A DNA stretch of 32,000 bases, from the NCBI GenBank assembly GCA_942493105.1, contig OW818668.1, forward strand, positions 1,200,001 through 1,232,000. The letters run 5' to 3'. How positions within the stretch are numbered: the stretch's first letter is position 1; each line of letters opens with the position of its first letter. The DNA is from an uncultured Erysipelotrichaceae bacterium. Its GTDB lineage: Bacteria > Bacillota_I > Bacilli_A > Erysipelotrichales > Erysipelotrichaceae. Below the pieces are notes generated by a model. It made no database searches. It saw only the letters and a list, made by a program, of their open reading frames with translations, and was not told the origin of the DNA. Shown here in pieces: positions 8,849-17,494 of the stretch. Made by a program: the position numbers and the translations under genes.

Positions 8849-10051
8849 GTGAAGTGTCATGCTATAATGAAATCAACCATGATGCCTCCTTATCCAATCC
8901 CAAAAGCTGCTTCTGTTTTAATGTCCTTGTTGGAAGACAAGGGTTTTGAAGCTTACATCATAGGTGGCTTTGTCCGAGATTTATTGTTGGGAAGATTTGG
9001 CGGAGACATCGATATGGCGACCAATGCTTCAACTCAGCAGATGATTGAACTTTTTAAGGATTATCCTTTGTCTAGGATTGGTGAAAAATTAGGAACCATT
9101 GGGGTTAAAATCATGGACCAATGGATTGAAATCACGACTTATCGATCAGAAGGGACTTCTAGTAATTATCGTCACCCAGATGAAGTCCGCTTTATAGGTT
9201 CTTTAAAAGATGATGTCTTTCGCAGAGACTTTACCATGAATGCGATGGCCATCAACATCTATGGCGATCTGATTGACTATACTGATGGTTACATCGATCT
9301 AAAAAAACGTTGTATCAAAGCCATAGGACTCCCAGAGGAACGATTTCAAGAGGATGCCTTAAGGATATTAAGAGCACTGCGTTTTTCCGGTCAGCTTGGT
9401 TTTACCATTGAAGACAAGACTGCTCTAGCGATCCTGAAATATCAGGATCTGACCAAAACTTTACCCATTGAAAGAATCTCTTCCGAACTTGATAAATTGA
9501 TACAGTCTCCGCATCCTCAATCTTTGTTTGAAAACTATTCAAGTGTACTCAAGCTTTGGTTTGATTTTGATTTAACCCATATCCAATATCTAGAAAAGTT
9601 CACAGATAAAGGTTTACGTTATTGTTGTCTATTGAATCATATGGATACAGATAGGATACAGAGTCAACTGACTCATTTGAAGCATCCAAAAAGCTTTGTT
9701 AAAAAAGTACATTCAATTAAGATCCTAAGCGAGATTAAGACTAAAGATCGTTATACCATGAAGACACTCTTAGGAAGCTATGGTAAAGCATTGATCCTTT
9801 TAGCACTTGAATATCAAAAAGTACTTCAGATCGATGGGATCGACCCTTCATTGATGAATCCATTGATCGAAGAAGATCCTTGTGTCTGTCTAAAAGATTT
9901 AGCCATCAATGGCGATGATCTGCTTAAAATGGGTTTTCAAGGCAAGATGATCAAAGTGCTTTTAAATCAACTTTTAGAAGCTGTTATGAAAGATGAAATC
10001 AAGAATGACTTGGCTTCTTTAAGACAGGCTGTTTTCGGCTTTCTTGACTAA
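8849..10051 (+). CDS. cca: CCA-adding tRNA nucleotidyltransferase
   Basis: GGFVRDLLLG...GDIDMAT head-domain motif, RRDFTMNA and a Firmicute-type C-terminal domain. The start is uncertain: GTG 8849 (GGAGGA 10 nt upstream) versus ATG 8867 or 8879. Confidence 0.85.
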   Translation: MKCHAIMKSTMMPPYPIPKAASVLMSLLEDKGFEAYIIGGFVRDLLLGRFGGDIDMATNASTQQMIELFKDYPLSRIGEKLGTIGVKIMDQWIEITTYRSEGTSSNYRHPDEVRFIGSLKDDVFRRDFTMNAMAINIYGDLIDYTDGYIDLKKRCIKAIGLPEERFQEDALRILRALRFSGQLGFTIEDKTALAILKYQDLTKTLPIERISSELDKLIQSPHPQSLFENYSSVLKLWFDFDLTHIQYLEKFTDKGLRYCCLLNHMDTDRIQSQLTHLKHPKSFVKKVHSIKILSEIKTKDRYTMKTLLGSYGKALILLALEYQKVLQIDGIDPSLMNPLIEEDPCVCLKDLAINGDDLLKMGFQGKMIKVLLNQLLEAVMKDEIKNDLASLRQAVFGFLD

Positions 10052-10097
10052 AGCTATGAAACTGTGTATCATAAGGTCATATTTTATGGAGAAAAAC

Positions 10098-10175
10098 ATG
10101 AGTGACGAGGGCAGTGATGAGCGAGAGCTCAGTGAGTTGATGGCATTAAAGAAATGGAGATCTAGAGTATGCTAG
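10098..10175 (+). CDS. Possible 25-codon upstream small ORF overlapping the CNNM gene start
   Basis: GGAG (10088-10091) lies 6 nt before ATG 10098. Peptide MSDEGSDERELSELMALKKWRSRVC*. Its TAG (10173-10175) overlaps ATG 10169 of the next gene. No homology recognised. Confidence 0.25.
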   Translation: MSDEGSDERELSELMALKKWRSRVC

Positions 10176-11497
10176 AATTTCTGTTTCTTATCGCTTTAGT
10201 CGGTTTAAATGCATTCTTTGCGGCTAGTGAAATGGCCTTTATTACCTTAAACGACAATAAGATCAAAGTTATGGCTGAAGAGGGAGATCCTAAAGCCATT
10301 CTTTTGGAGCGTGTTTTATCTCATCCTACAAAATTCCTTTCAACCATTCAGATTGGGATCACCATGGCTGGGTTTTTAGCTTCAGCCTTTGCATCTGATA
10401 GTTTTAGTGGACCCTTGGTTGATTTGATCTCTCCGTATGTCAATTTACTTTCTCAAGCCACATTAAGAACATTTGTGATGATTGGGATCACTGTGGTGTT
10501 ATCGATCATGTCATTGATATTTGGTGAATTGGTTCCTAAACGTGTTGCCATGAATTACTCTGAACAAATTGCTTTTAGTGTTGTTAAAGTTATTTATTGG
10601 ATTTCAATCCTATTTCATCCTTTCGTTAGATTCTTGACCTTTAGTACGAATCTAATCGTATCTTTATTTGGAATTGATCCCAATAAAGAGCCTGATGCTG
10701 TTACTGAAGAAGAAATTAGAATGATGGTGGATGTTGGTGAAGAAAAAGGATCCATTCGTAATTCTGAAAAGGAAATGATCAATAATATTTTTGAATTTGA
10801 TAATATCAATGTCTCAGACATCATGACCCATAGGACCGATGTCTCTGGAATAGAAATCGATGCGAGTTTTGAAGAAGTAAAGCGTATCGTATTTAGAGAA
10901 CAATATACTCGTTTTCCGGTGTATAAAGAAACCATCGATGATATCATTGGGATCTTGCATGTCAAAGATCTCCTTCAATTCATCGAACATGAACAAATCA
11001 TTAATTTTAATTTGAAGGCATTGATTCGTGATCCCTATTTCGTTCCTGAATCTAAGAAAACCGATGAATTATTCAGAGAACTACAGAAACGTAAAGTTCA
11101 TATCGCAGTGGTCATCGATGAATATGGAGGAACTGCAGGGATCATTACCATCGAAGATTTGATTGAAGAGATCGTCGGCAATATCTTTGATGAATATGAT
11201 GAAGAAGAAAAGCAAATCCAAGTGCTCAACCATTATACCTTTGATGTGGATGGTGGTATCGATCTTGAAGATTTAGATGAAGAATGTCAATTGAACTTAC
11301 CTTTGGAAGAACTTGAAGATTATGATACTTTAAGCGGATTCTTAACTGGGCTTTTAGGTCATATCCCAGAAGACAATGAAACAGTAGACATACTTTATAA
11401 GGACCTTCGATTTAAAATCTTAAAAGCTGAAGACAAGGTCATAGAAAAAGTTAGGATCATAAAAAAGGACAGAAGTCCTGAATCTAAAAAAGATTAA
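10169..11497 (+). CDS. CNNM/HlyC-CorC family transporter (DUF21-CBS pair-CorC_HlyC)
   Basis: N-terminal 4-TM DUF21 region (...ASEMAFITL...GELVPKR...), CBS pair (IMTHRTD...VYKETIDDIIGILHVKDL...AVVIDEYGGTAGIITIEDLIEEIVG) and a C-terminal transporter-associated domain. Confidence 0.85.
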   Translation: MLEFLFLIALVGLNAFFAASEMAFITLNDNKIKVMAEEGDPKAILLERVLSHPTKFLSTIQIGITMAGFLASAFASDSFSGPLVDLISPYVNLLSQATLRTFVMIGITVVLSIMSLIFGELVPKRVAMNYSEQIAFSVVKVIYWISILFHPFVRFLTFSTNLIVSLFGIDPNKEPDAVTEEEIRMMVDVGEEKGSIRNSEKEMINNIFEFDNINVSDIMTHRTDVSGIEIDASFEEVKRIVFREQYTRFPVYKETIDDIIGILHVKDLLQFIEHEQIINFNLKALIRDPYFVPESKKTDELFRELQKRKVHIAVVIDEYGGTAGIITIEDLIEEIVGNIFDEYDEEEKQIQVLNHYTFDVDGGIDLEDLDEECQLNLPLEELEDYDTLSGFLTGLLGHIPEDNETVDILYKDLRFKILKAEDKVIEKVRIIKKDRSPESKKD

Positions 11498-11503
11498 TTA
11501 CTT

Positions 11504-11530
11504 AAAACGACACCCTTGTGTCGTTTTCTT
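11504..11530 (+). terminator. Intrinsic terminator after the CNNM gene
   Basis: AAAACGACAC (11504-11513) / GTGTCGTTTT (11518-11527) with loop CCTT. Confidence 0.8.
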
Positions 11531-11567
11531 TAAATTCATTAAGAAATGAAAGGAGTATAATTGATAT

Positions 11568-11684
11568 ATGGAAGTCAATAAAAATTCAAATAAACGCAAC
11601 ATTCTAACCAGAATGTTGTCTCCCAAAGGTTCTGCTTTAAGAATCTCGATCTTCTATTTATGTATGGCGTTGTATGGATCTTAA
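11568..11684 (+). pseudogene. Frame-shifted N-terminal fragment of the PAS-GGDEF-EAL gene (38 codons)
   Basis: ATG 11568 opens MEVNKNSNKRNILTRMLSPKGSALRISIFYLCMALYGS*. Joining ...RISIFYL to MYGVVWILTTDQ (the next ORF, -1 frame) recreates one continuous hydrophobic segment with a YxxxGxxWIxxxD pattern. Confidence 0.5.
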
Positions 11685-13549
11685 CCACAGATCAGTTTTT
11701 AGATTGGCTGGTAGGTAGTGATCATGAGACCTACAATCAATTTCAAACATATAAAGGATGGGTCTATGTGGCATTGACTGCTGCCTTTATTTACACTTTG
11801 GTAGCGCGCGCCTTGGGTCTATACGAAGACGCTAAAAGAAGAATTCAAAGTGGTAAAGATGAATTAGAAGTTCAATATGAGAAAACATTGGCCAGTGAAA
11901 AACGTTTTGATTTGGCTGTTAAGGGATCATTTGATTCGATTTGGGAATATGATGGGATCCATGATAAGTATTTCATGTCTAAAGCAATTCTTTATGCGTT
12001 AGGATATGAAGAACCATTAAAACTAGAAACATTGGAAGATTGGATGGCTTTCATCGTTGATGAAGACAGAGCTGATTTTAGCAAAAAAGTTGAGCAATTC
12101 ACTCAAGCTCCTACTGATATTTTTGAGGCAAACTATCGAGTTGGTCGAAAAGATGGCACTGTGGCTTGGATCAGAACTCGAGGTTCGGCTAACGTTGATC
12201 CTCAAGGAAAAATTCTGAAAGTCGCAGGATCTCATACTGATATTACATTATTCATCAATCATCAAGAAGAGCTAAAAAAGATTGCCTATTATGATCGACT
12301 CACAGGTTTACTTAATCGTCATGGTTTTAGTCAAAAAATCAAGGAACATATTGAGGTTCATCCTTACCAGCCATTTACCATCGTAGAACTGGATATTGAT
12401 GACTTTAAAAATATCAATGACTTCTATGGCTATTCGATCGGTGATAAGCTTTTAGTGTCCATCAGTAATTTGCTTAAGGATCATCTTGAAGAAAGTGATA
12501 TTTTAGCGAATCTTGGCGGAGATGGTTTTGGGATCATGATTGAAAGCATCGATAAAACATTATTATTTGATAGAATAAACAAAATATATGAATCTCTAGA
12601 AAATATTCCCTTGATCGAAGGACGCTTGATTGAAGTTCATGCCTGTATTGGCTTAGCTCAATATCCAAAAGATGAGAAAGATGTCCAAGAGTTACTGTAC
12701 TGTGCTGATGAAGCCATGTATGAAGCTAAAAATAAAGGCAAGAATACACATGTTTTCTATACAGAATCCATTCATCAAACTCATCTTAGTCAGATTGCTT
12801 TGACCAATCAATTGCGTAAAGCAGTCGAAAATAAAGAACTGTTGATGATGTATCAACCCATTTATAAATTAAGCGATAATAGTTTATCTTCTATGGAAGC
12901 CTTAGTAAGATGGTTCCCTAAAGATCAAAATCCTATATCTCCTGAAATCTTCATTCCTTTGGCCGAAACATCAGGATTGATTTCAAAAATTGAACTATGG
13001 GTCTTTGAGGACGTGTTTAAACAAATTGTAGCTTGGCGTAAGGTCAGAACACGAAATATCCCCATCGCAATCAATTTATCCTCAAAAGGGTTAACTGATG
13101 AAGGCTTTATAAGTTCTGTTTTAGCGTTGATCTCAAAGTATAAGATCAAACCAGGTGAAATCGAAATTGAAATCACGGAAACATCTTTGATCGAATCTAG
13201 TGATATCGCATTAAAACACATCGGTTTATTAAACAGTCAAGGCATCCATATCTTACTTGACGACTTTGGGAAAGGATATTCATCATTGACATATCTGGTC
13301 TCATTACCCATCGATGTTTTAAAAATAGACAGAGGTTTTACTCAACAAATTCATAGTTCATATGAAATCGATGAGGTGATTGCGACCATCATCAATTTAG
13401 CCCATTCTATCAATTTAAAAGTCATCGCAGAAGGCATAGAGTATGAAAACCAAAAAGAATTTTTGAAGTCACTGGGAACCGATTATGGGCAAGGTTATTA
13501 TTTGCATGCCCCAGCACTTCCCATTGACATTGAACCACTCTTACATTAA
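11660..13549 (+). CDS. PAS-GGDEF(degenerate)-EAL signalling protein, likely c-di-GMP phosphodiesterase
   Basis: PAS region (FDSIWEYD...RKDGTVAWIRTRG). GGDEF domain with RLTGLLNR, but the signature reads GGDGF (12515-12529). EAL domain has EALVRW (EAL at 12896-12904), DDFGKGYSSL, KIDRGF, AEGIE and GQGYY intact. ATG 11660 has no SD and lies inside a TM segment (see the frameshift finding). Confidence 0.85.
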   Translation: MYGVVWILTTDQFLDWLVGSDHETYNQFQTYKGWVYVALTAAFIYTLVARALGLYEDAKRRIQSGKDELEVQYEKTLASEKRFDLAVKGSFDSIWEYDGIHDKYFMSKAILYALGYEEPLKLETLEDWMAFIVDEDRADFSKKVEQFTQAPTDIFEANYRVGRKDGTVAWIRTRGSANVDPQGKILKVAGSHTDITLFINHQEELKKIAYYDRLTGLLNRHGFSQKIKEHIEVHPYQPFTIVELDIDDFKNINDFYGYSIGDKLLVSISNLLKDHLEESDILANLGGDGFGIMIESIDKTLLFDRINKIYESLENIPLIEGRLIEVHACIGLAQYPKDEKDVQELLYCADEAMYEAKNKGKNTHVFYTESIHQTHLSQIALTNQLRKAVENKELLMMYQPIYKLSDNSLSSMEALVRWFPKDQNPISPEIFIPLAETSGLISKIELWVFEDVFKQIVAWRKVRTRNIPIAINLSSKGLTDEGFISSVLALISKYKIKPGEIEIEITETSLIESSDIALKHIGLLNSQGIHILLDDFGKGYSSLTYLVSLPIDVLKIDRGFTQQIHSSYEIDEVIATIINLAHSINLKVIAEGIEYENQKEFLKSLGTDYGQGYYLHAPALPIDIEPLLH

Positions 13550-13572
13550 AAAGGACGCATCAGCGTCCTTTA
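13547..13572. terminator. Bidirectional terminator between the convergent GGDEF-EAL and capA-like genes
   Basis: AAGGACGC (13551-13558) / GCGTCCTT (13563-13570) with loop ATCA, A-run on one side and T-rich on the other. Confidence 0.7.
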
Positions 13573-14682
13573 GTCTTTTTTAACAGATTCAAAACTTAAT
13601 TTAGCACCATAAGCATTGACGATCTTAAGATACTTAGCTTCCCACTGTGCTTTATCAGGTAATAATTTAACGGATAAATCATCCCAAGGATAGACCTTGA
13701 AGTTGAGCCTGTTGCTGTCATAGTACGTGTAGTTAAGATCCACTTTCAAATCATGCAGTTTTATTTGTGAAACAGAACCCATGGTTATTTTAGTAATTGT
13801 GATCGCAGAAGTTAACCCTATGAGTCTTTCAGTTCCGATTTGACTTGAAATGAAGTTTCCTAAAGCATAATAAACAAGGCTATCACCGATCCATTCAATG
13901 GGTTGAATGGCATGAGAATGATTTTGAATGATGATGTTGACACCTAAACCTGCTAAGAATCGAGCAACAGAACGTTGTTGATCGGTTGGATAATTAACAT
14001 ATTCTTTACCAATATGTACAGACACGATCAACACATCGACATGTGGTTTTAGTGCTAAAACATCAGCTTCCATTTGATCTAGGTCCATATAGGCAATCAT
14101 ATGTTCATTGCCTTTAGGTAACCTGACATTTGTTGATTTTGTATAGGCAAGAAATCCAACCTTGATCCCATTGACGGTCGTTATGTTTAAAGCGGCTTTG
14201 TCACTTGGTGTCAAATAAGCTCCAGAAGTGACCACATCCTTATCTCCCCAATACTCTAACGTGTTCAAAATAGCTTGTTTACCACGATCAGAAGTATGAT
14301 TGTTGGCCAGTGATACCAAATTAAATCCAAGATTGATCATCGCATCCCCAAACTCAAACGGAGAGTTAAACAATGGATAGTTTGAAAGACCTAATTCAGT
14401 TCCACCTAAAACTGATTCTTGGTTATAAAAGGCGAGATCATAAGGCTCGATCACTGGTTTCATCAATTCAAGTTGACCTGTAAAATCATAGATGCCATTT
14501 GAATAGGCATCCTTATAAACAGTAGAATGAACGATCGCATCTCCAACCATGACCAAATCAAAAGATTGAACCACTGGTTTTGGAAGCAATAATGAATACA
14601 GTGAATCAAAAGTTTCTTGTTTGGTGTTTAAGTTTGAACAAGAACTTAATAGGAATAAGGCTAAGACAAGGAGTCTTTTCAC
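13570..14682 (-). CDS. CapA-family (PGA_cap) metallophosphatase-like lipoprotein
   Basis: GTG start. Signal peptide plus lipobox LLSSC. Contains MVGDAIVH, ANNHTSD and NHSHAIQP metallophosphatase-type motifs characteristic of CapA/PgsA-like proteins. Confidence 0.75.
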   Translation of the reverse strand: MKRLLVLALFLLSSCSNLNTKQETFDSLYSLLLPKPVVQSFDLVMVGDAIVHSTVYKDAYSNGIYDFTGQLELMKPVIEPYDLAFYNQESVLGGTELGLSNYPLFNSPFEFGDAMINLGFNLVSLANNHTSDRGKQAILNTLEYWGDKDVVTSGAYLTPSDKAALNITTVNGIKVGFLAYTKSTNVRLPKGNEHMIAYMDLDQMEADVLALKPHVDVLIVSVHIGKEYVNYPTDQQRSVARFLAGLGVNIIIQNHSHAIQPIEWIGDSLVYYALGNFISSQIGTERLIGLTSAITITKITMGSVSQIKLHDLKVDLNYTYYDSNRLNFKVYPWDDLSVKLLPDKAQWEAKYLKIVNAYGAKLSFESVKKD

Positions 14683-15686
14683 TATCTAAAGCCCCTTTTG
14701 TAGGAACTAAAAAGTTGATCAGGATCTTCTGTAGCAAAGATTTTATTCACGAAATTTGGATTACGTAATAGTTCTCGACCTAAGGCAACCAAATCCGTAT
14801 CTTGAAGCGCTTCTTCGACTTCTTCGGGGGTCGTGATCAACCCAACACTGATCACGCTTTTATTTAAAGCATGACGAATCGTTTTGGCATATTCAACTTG
14901 ATATAAAGGTTTCAAAGGAATTCTGCGATTGACGACCCCACCTGAAGAGACATGGATCATATCAAGTTTATCTTTGATGGGACGCAATAGTTCTATCACA
15001 TCTTCTGGATGATTGCCAAGCGGATCATATTCTTCCGCAGAGACACGTATCATCAACCATTTTTCTTTAGGCCATACCATGCTGATCGAATCGACCAATT
15101 CATGGACAAAACGACTTCTGTTCTCAACACTGCCTCCATACTCATCTTCTCTCAGATTGGATAAAGGCGACATGAATTCATTGATCAGATAACCATGAGC
15201 CCCATGCAGTTCTATCCCATCAAAACCAGCTTGATCAGCTCTTTTGGCCGCCTCTGTAAAGGCAATGATGGTATTTTGGATATCTTTAAGCGTCATCGAA
15301 TCTGGTGTTTGATAGTTATCATCAAATGAAAGATCTGAAGGTGCTATGTGAGGTAAAGATGTGGTTTGAGCTTTACGTCCAGCATGTCCCAATTGAACAG
15401 CGATCTTAGCACCATAACGATGAACTTCATCGACCAACTGTTTGAGTCCGGCAAAGTGATCATCGCTCCATATCCCTAAATCATTATCGGTAATACGACC
15501 TTGTGGAGTGACAGCTGTGGCTTCTACGATCACAAAACCAACACCACCCATCGCTCGGGTCGAATAATGCGAGACATGAAACAGATTAACAAATCCGTCT
15601 TTGGCTTGATACATACACATAGGCGGCATAACGATTCTGTTTTTCAAGGTAATATTCTTATGGGTAAAAGGCTTTAGAGCTTCCAT
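14682..15686 (-). CDS. namA: NADPH dehydrogenase / Old Yellow Enzyme (YqjM/NamA type)
   Basis: ORF track 14682..15704. I prefer ATG 15686 preceded by AGGAGG (MEALKPFTHKNITLKNRIVMPPMCMYQA...). Contains HGAHGYLINEF and ...RVSAEEY... The stop TAG overlaps the capA-like GTG by 1 nt. Confidence 0.85.
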   Translation of the reverse strand: MEALKPFTHKNITLKNRIVMPPMCMYQAKDGFVNLFHVSHYSTRAMGGVGFVIVEATAVTPQGRITDNDLGIWSDDHFAGLKQLVDEVHRYGAKIAVQLGHAGRKAQTTSLPHIAPSDLSFDDNYQTPDSMTLKDIQNTIIAFTEAAKRADQAGFDGIELHGAHGYLINEFMSPLSNLREDEYGGSVENRSRFVHELVDSISMVWPKEKWLMIRVSAEEYDPLGNHPEDVIELLRPIKDKLDMIHVSSGGVVNRRIPLKPLYQVEYAKTIRHALNKSVISVGLITTPEEVEEALQDTDLVALGRELLRNPNFVNKIFATEDPDQLFSSYKRGFR

Positions 15687-15721
15687 GGGACCTCCTGAAG
15701 TCATTGGACTGGGCTATGTTT

Positions 15722-15750
15722 AGTTTAGCGTTTATAATGAAAGATGTAAA
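15722..15750 (-). promoter_or_regulatory. Putative promoter of namA
   Basis: On the minus strand: TTTACA (plus-strand coordinates 15745-15750), 17-nt spacer, TAAACT (15722-15727). Confidence 0.4.
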
Positions 15751-15780
15751 GCGATGAACAAGTGTTATTGTGGTTGATGA

Positions 15781-15809
15781 TTGACAAGCATAGACCTCAC
15801 CTTTACACT
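15781..15809 (+). promoter_or_regulatory. Putative promoter of cysK
   Basis: TTGACA (15781-15786), 17-nt spacer, TACACT (15804-15809), then a TAGGAG SD and ATG 15827. Confidence 0.5.
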
Positions 15810-15826
15810 TGACTTAGGAGTTCACC

Positions 15827-16759
15827 ATGTCAAAGATTCATTCTAACATCACTTCATTGATCGGTAAGACTCCTTTGGTCAGCATCGATCGATACAATCA
15901 AAAACACAACGGCTTAGCTCGCTTATTGGTTAAACTTGAATCGTTTAATCCAGCAGGCAGTGTTAAAGATCGCATCGCATTAAGAATGGTTCAGGTTGCC
16001 CTTCAAGAAGGTAGACTAGTGCCTGGTGGAATCATCATAGAACCTACCAGTGGTAATACTGGCATTGGTTTAGCCAGCGTTGCTGCATCGTATGGATTTA
16101 AGTTGATCTTAACGATGCCTAAAAACATGAGTGTTGAACGCATCAAGATCTTAAAAGCTTATGGAGCACAGATCCATTTAACACCTGCTCACTTAGGGAT
16201 GAAAGGATCCATCGATCAAGCTAAAGTCTTGGTCACTGAACACCCAGGATCCTTTATGCCTTCACAATTTGAAAACATAAATAACCCTAAAGTTCATTTT
16301 GAAACAACAGGACCAGAAATCTTTCATGACACAGATGGTCAAGTTGATATCTTGGTGGCTGGGATCGGTACAGGGGGAACCATCACTGGCGTTGGTGAAT
16401 ATCTCAAAGGAAAAAATCCGAAAGTAAAAATCATCGCAGTTCAACCCAGTGATTCACAAGTACTAAGCGGAGGAGAACCGCATGCGCATCAACTCCAAGG
16501 TTTGATGCCTAATTTTATCCCCAACATCCTCAATATGAAGATCATCGATGAAATCATTAATGTGTCAACTCAAGAAGCTATGGATGCTGCCCGTGATTTA
16601 GCGAAAAGCGAAGGCATCTTATCTGGAATCTCAAGTGGAGCTGCACTACATGCCGGCATGCTTCTCTCACAACGCAGTGAAAATCAAGGCAAGACCATCG
16701 TTGTCATCCTTGCGGATGGCGGTGAACGATATTTATCTACTCTTCTATATGAAGAGTAA
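15827..16759 (+). CDS. cysK: Cysteine synthase A (O-acetylserine sulfhydrylase)
   Basis: PLP lysine motif NPAGSVKDRIAL, TSGNTGIGLA and GIGTGGTITG. Length 310 aa. Confidence 0.9.
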   Translation: MSKIHSNITSLIGKTPLVSIDRYNQKHNGLARLLVKLESFNPAGSVKDRIALRMVQVALQEGRLVPGGIIIEPTSGNTGIGLASVAASYGFKLILTMPKNMSVERIKILKAYGAQIHLTPAHLGMKGSIDQAKVLVTEHPGSFMPSQFENINNPKVHFETTGPEIFHDTDGQVDILVAGIGTGGTITGVGEYLKGKNPKVKIIAVQPSDSQVLSGGEPHAHQLQGLMPNFIPNILNMKIIDEIINVSTQEAMDAARDLAKSEGILSGISSGAALHAGMLLSQRSENQGKTIVVILADGGERYLSTLLYEE

Positions 16760-16771
16760 GAAGGGGTTCCT

Positions 16772-17356
16772 ATGACCAGAAACAGACAACGTTTACTTAT
16801 GATCACCACTTTAGGATTACTGATGGCCATGATCATCATCATGACCTATATCCCAAATCTTGGCTACATTACCACCGGATTTTTTTCCATCACCATCATC
16901 CATATCCCAGTCATAATCGGAGCCATTTTAACTGGACCGATTGGTGGTTTGGTTTTAGGGGCAACTTGGGGTTTGACCAGTTGGCATTATGCCACGACCT
17001 TAGGTACCATTGAAGCTACGATCTTCGTCAATCCTTTGGTTTCGATCGTACCACGCATCTTGGTTGGGTTGATCATCTCGTATACGGCATTGGGTCTGCG
17101 TAAACTGATACGTTTGGATTTCCCAAGACATGTCGTTGTGGCAATTGTGGGAACCTTATCCAATACGATTTTGGTCCTAAGTGCGATCTTTCTGTTTGCG
17201 TCCAGCGGTTTGGTCACCTTCAACAAAGGCTTATCTACAATCTTTTCTATTGTGATTTCACTCAATGGATCTTTAGAGATCATCTCAGCAGCTTTGATTG
17301 CCCCAGTGGTATTAAAAGCCTTAAGCAAAGTCGGAAGTCAAAGAAAATCTGTCTAA
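16772..17356 (+). CDS. ECF-transporter S (substrate-capture) component, substrate unknown
   Basis: 194-aa protein with about 6 TM segments and ...IHIPVIIGAILTGPIGGLVLGATWGL...NPLVSIVPRILVGL..., typical of the ECF_trnsprt family. Starts 12 nt after cysK with a GAAGGGG SD. Confidence 0.65.
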   Translation: MTRNRQRLLMITTLGLLMAMIIIMTYIPNLGYITTGFFSITIIHIPVIIGAILTGPIGGLVLGATWGLTSWHYATTLGTIEATIFVNPLVSIVPRILVGLIISYTALGLRKLIRLDFPRHVVVAIVGTLSNTILVLSAIFLFASSGLVTFNKGLSTIFSIVISLNGSLEIISAALIAPVVLKALSKVGSQRKSV

Positions 17357-17360
17357 TAAT

Positions 17361-17388
17361 AAACATCGATTCATTCGATGTTTTTTTA
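17361..17388 (+). terminator. Intrinsic terminator after cysK and the ECF-S gene
   Basis: AAACATCGA (17361-17369) / TCGATGTTT (17375-17383) followed by a T-run. Confidence 0.8.
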
Positions 17389-17494
17389 TGGGTTCATCGC
17401 ATTTGAAACTTAGTCACTTCCTTAAGTCGGTCAAAGCAATTGATGGATAACACATTCTAAAGTAAAGTATGGTTAAACACAGGAGAAAACAATA

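Noticed and set aside
10052-10168. M-box or other riboswitch upstream of the CNNM/CorC gene
   Set aside because: The intergenic region is only about 115 nt and is largely occupied by a small SD-preceded ORF. It is too short and lacks the conserved helices of an M-box.
11652-11665. Programmed -1 ribosomal frameshift joining the two parts of the GGDEF-EAL gene
   Set aside because: There is no X XXY YYZ slippery heptamer at the junction (TAT TTA TGT ATG) and no obvious downstream pseudoknot or hairpin. A mutation or an assembly indel is the simpler explanation.
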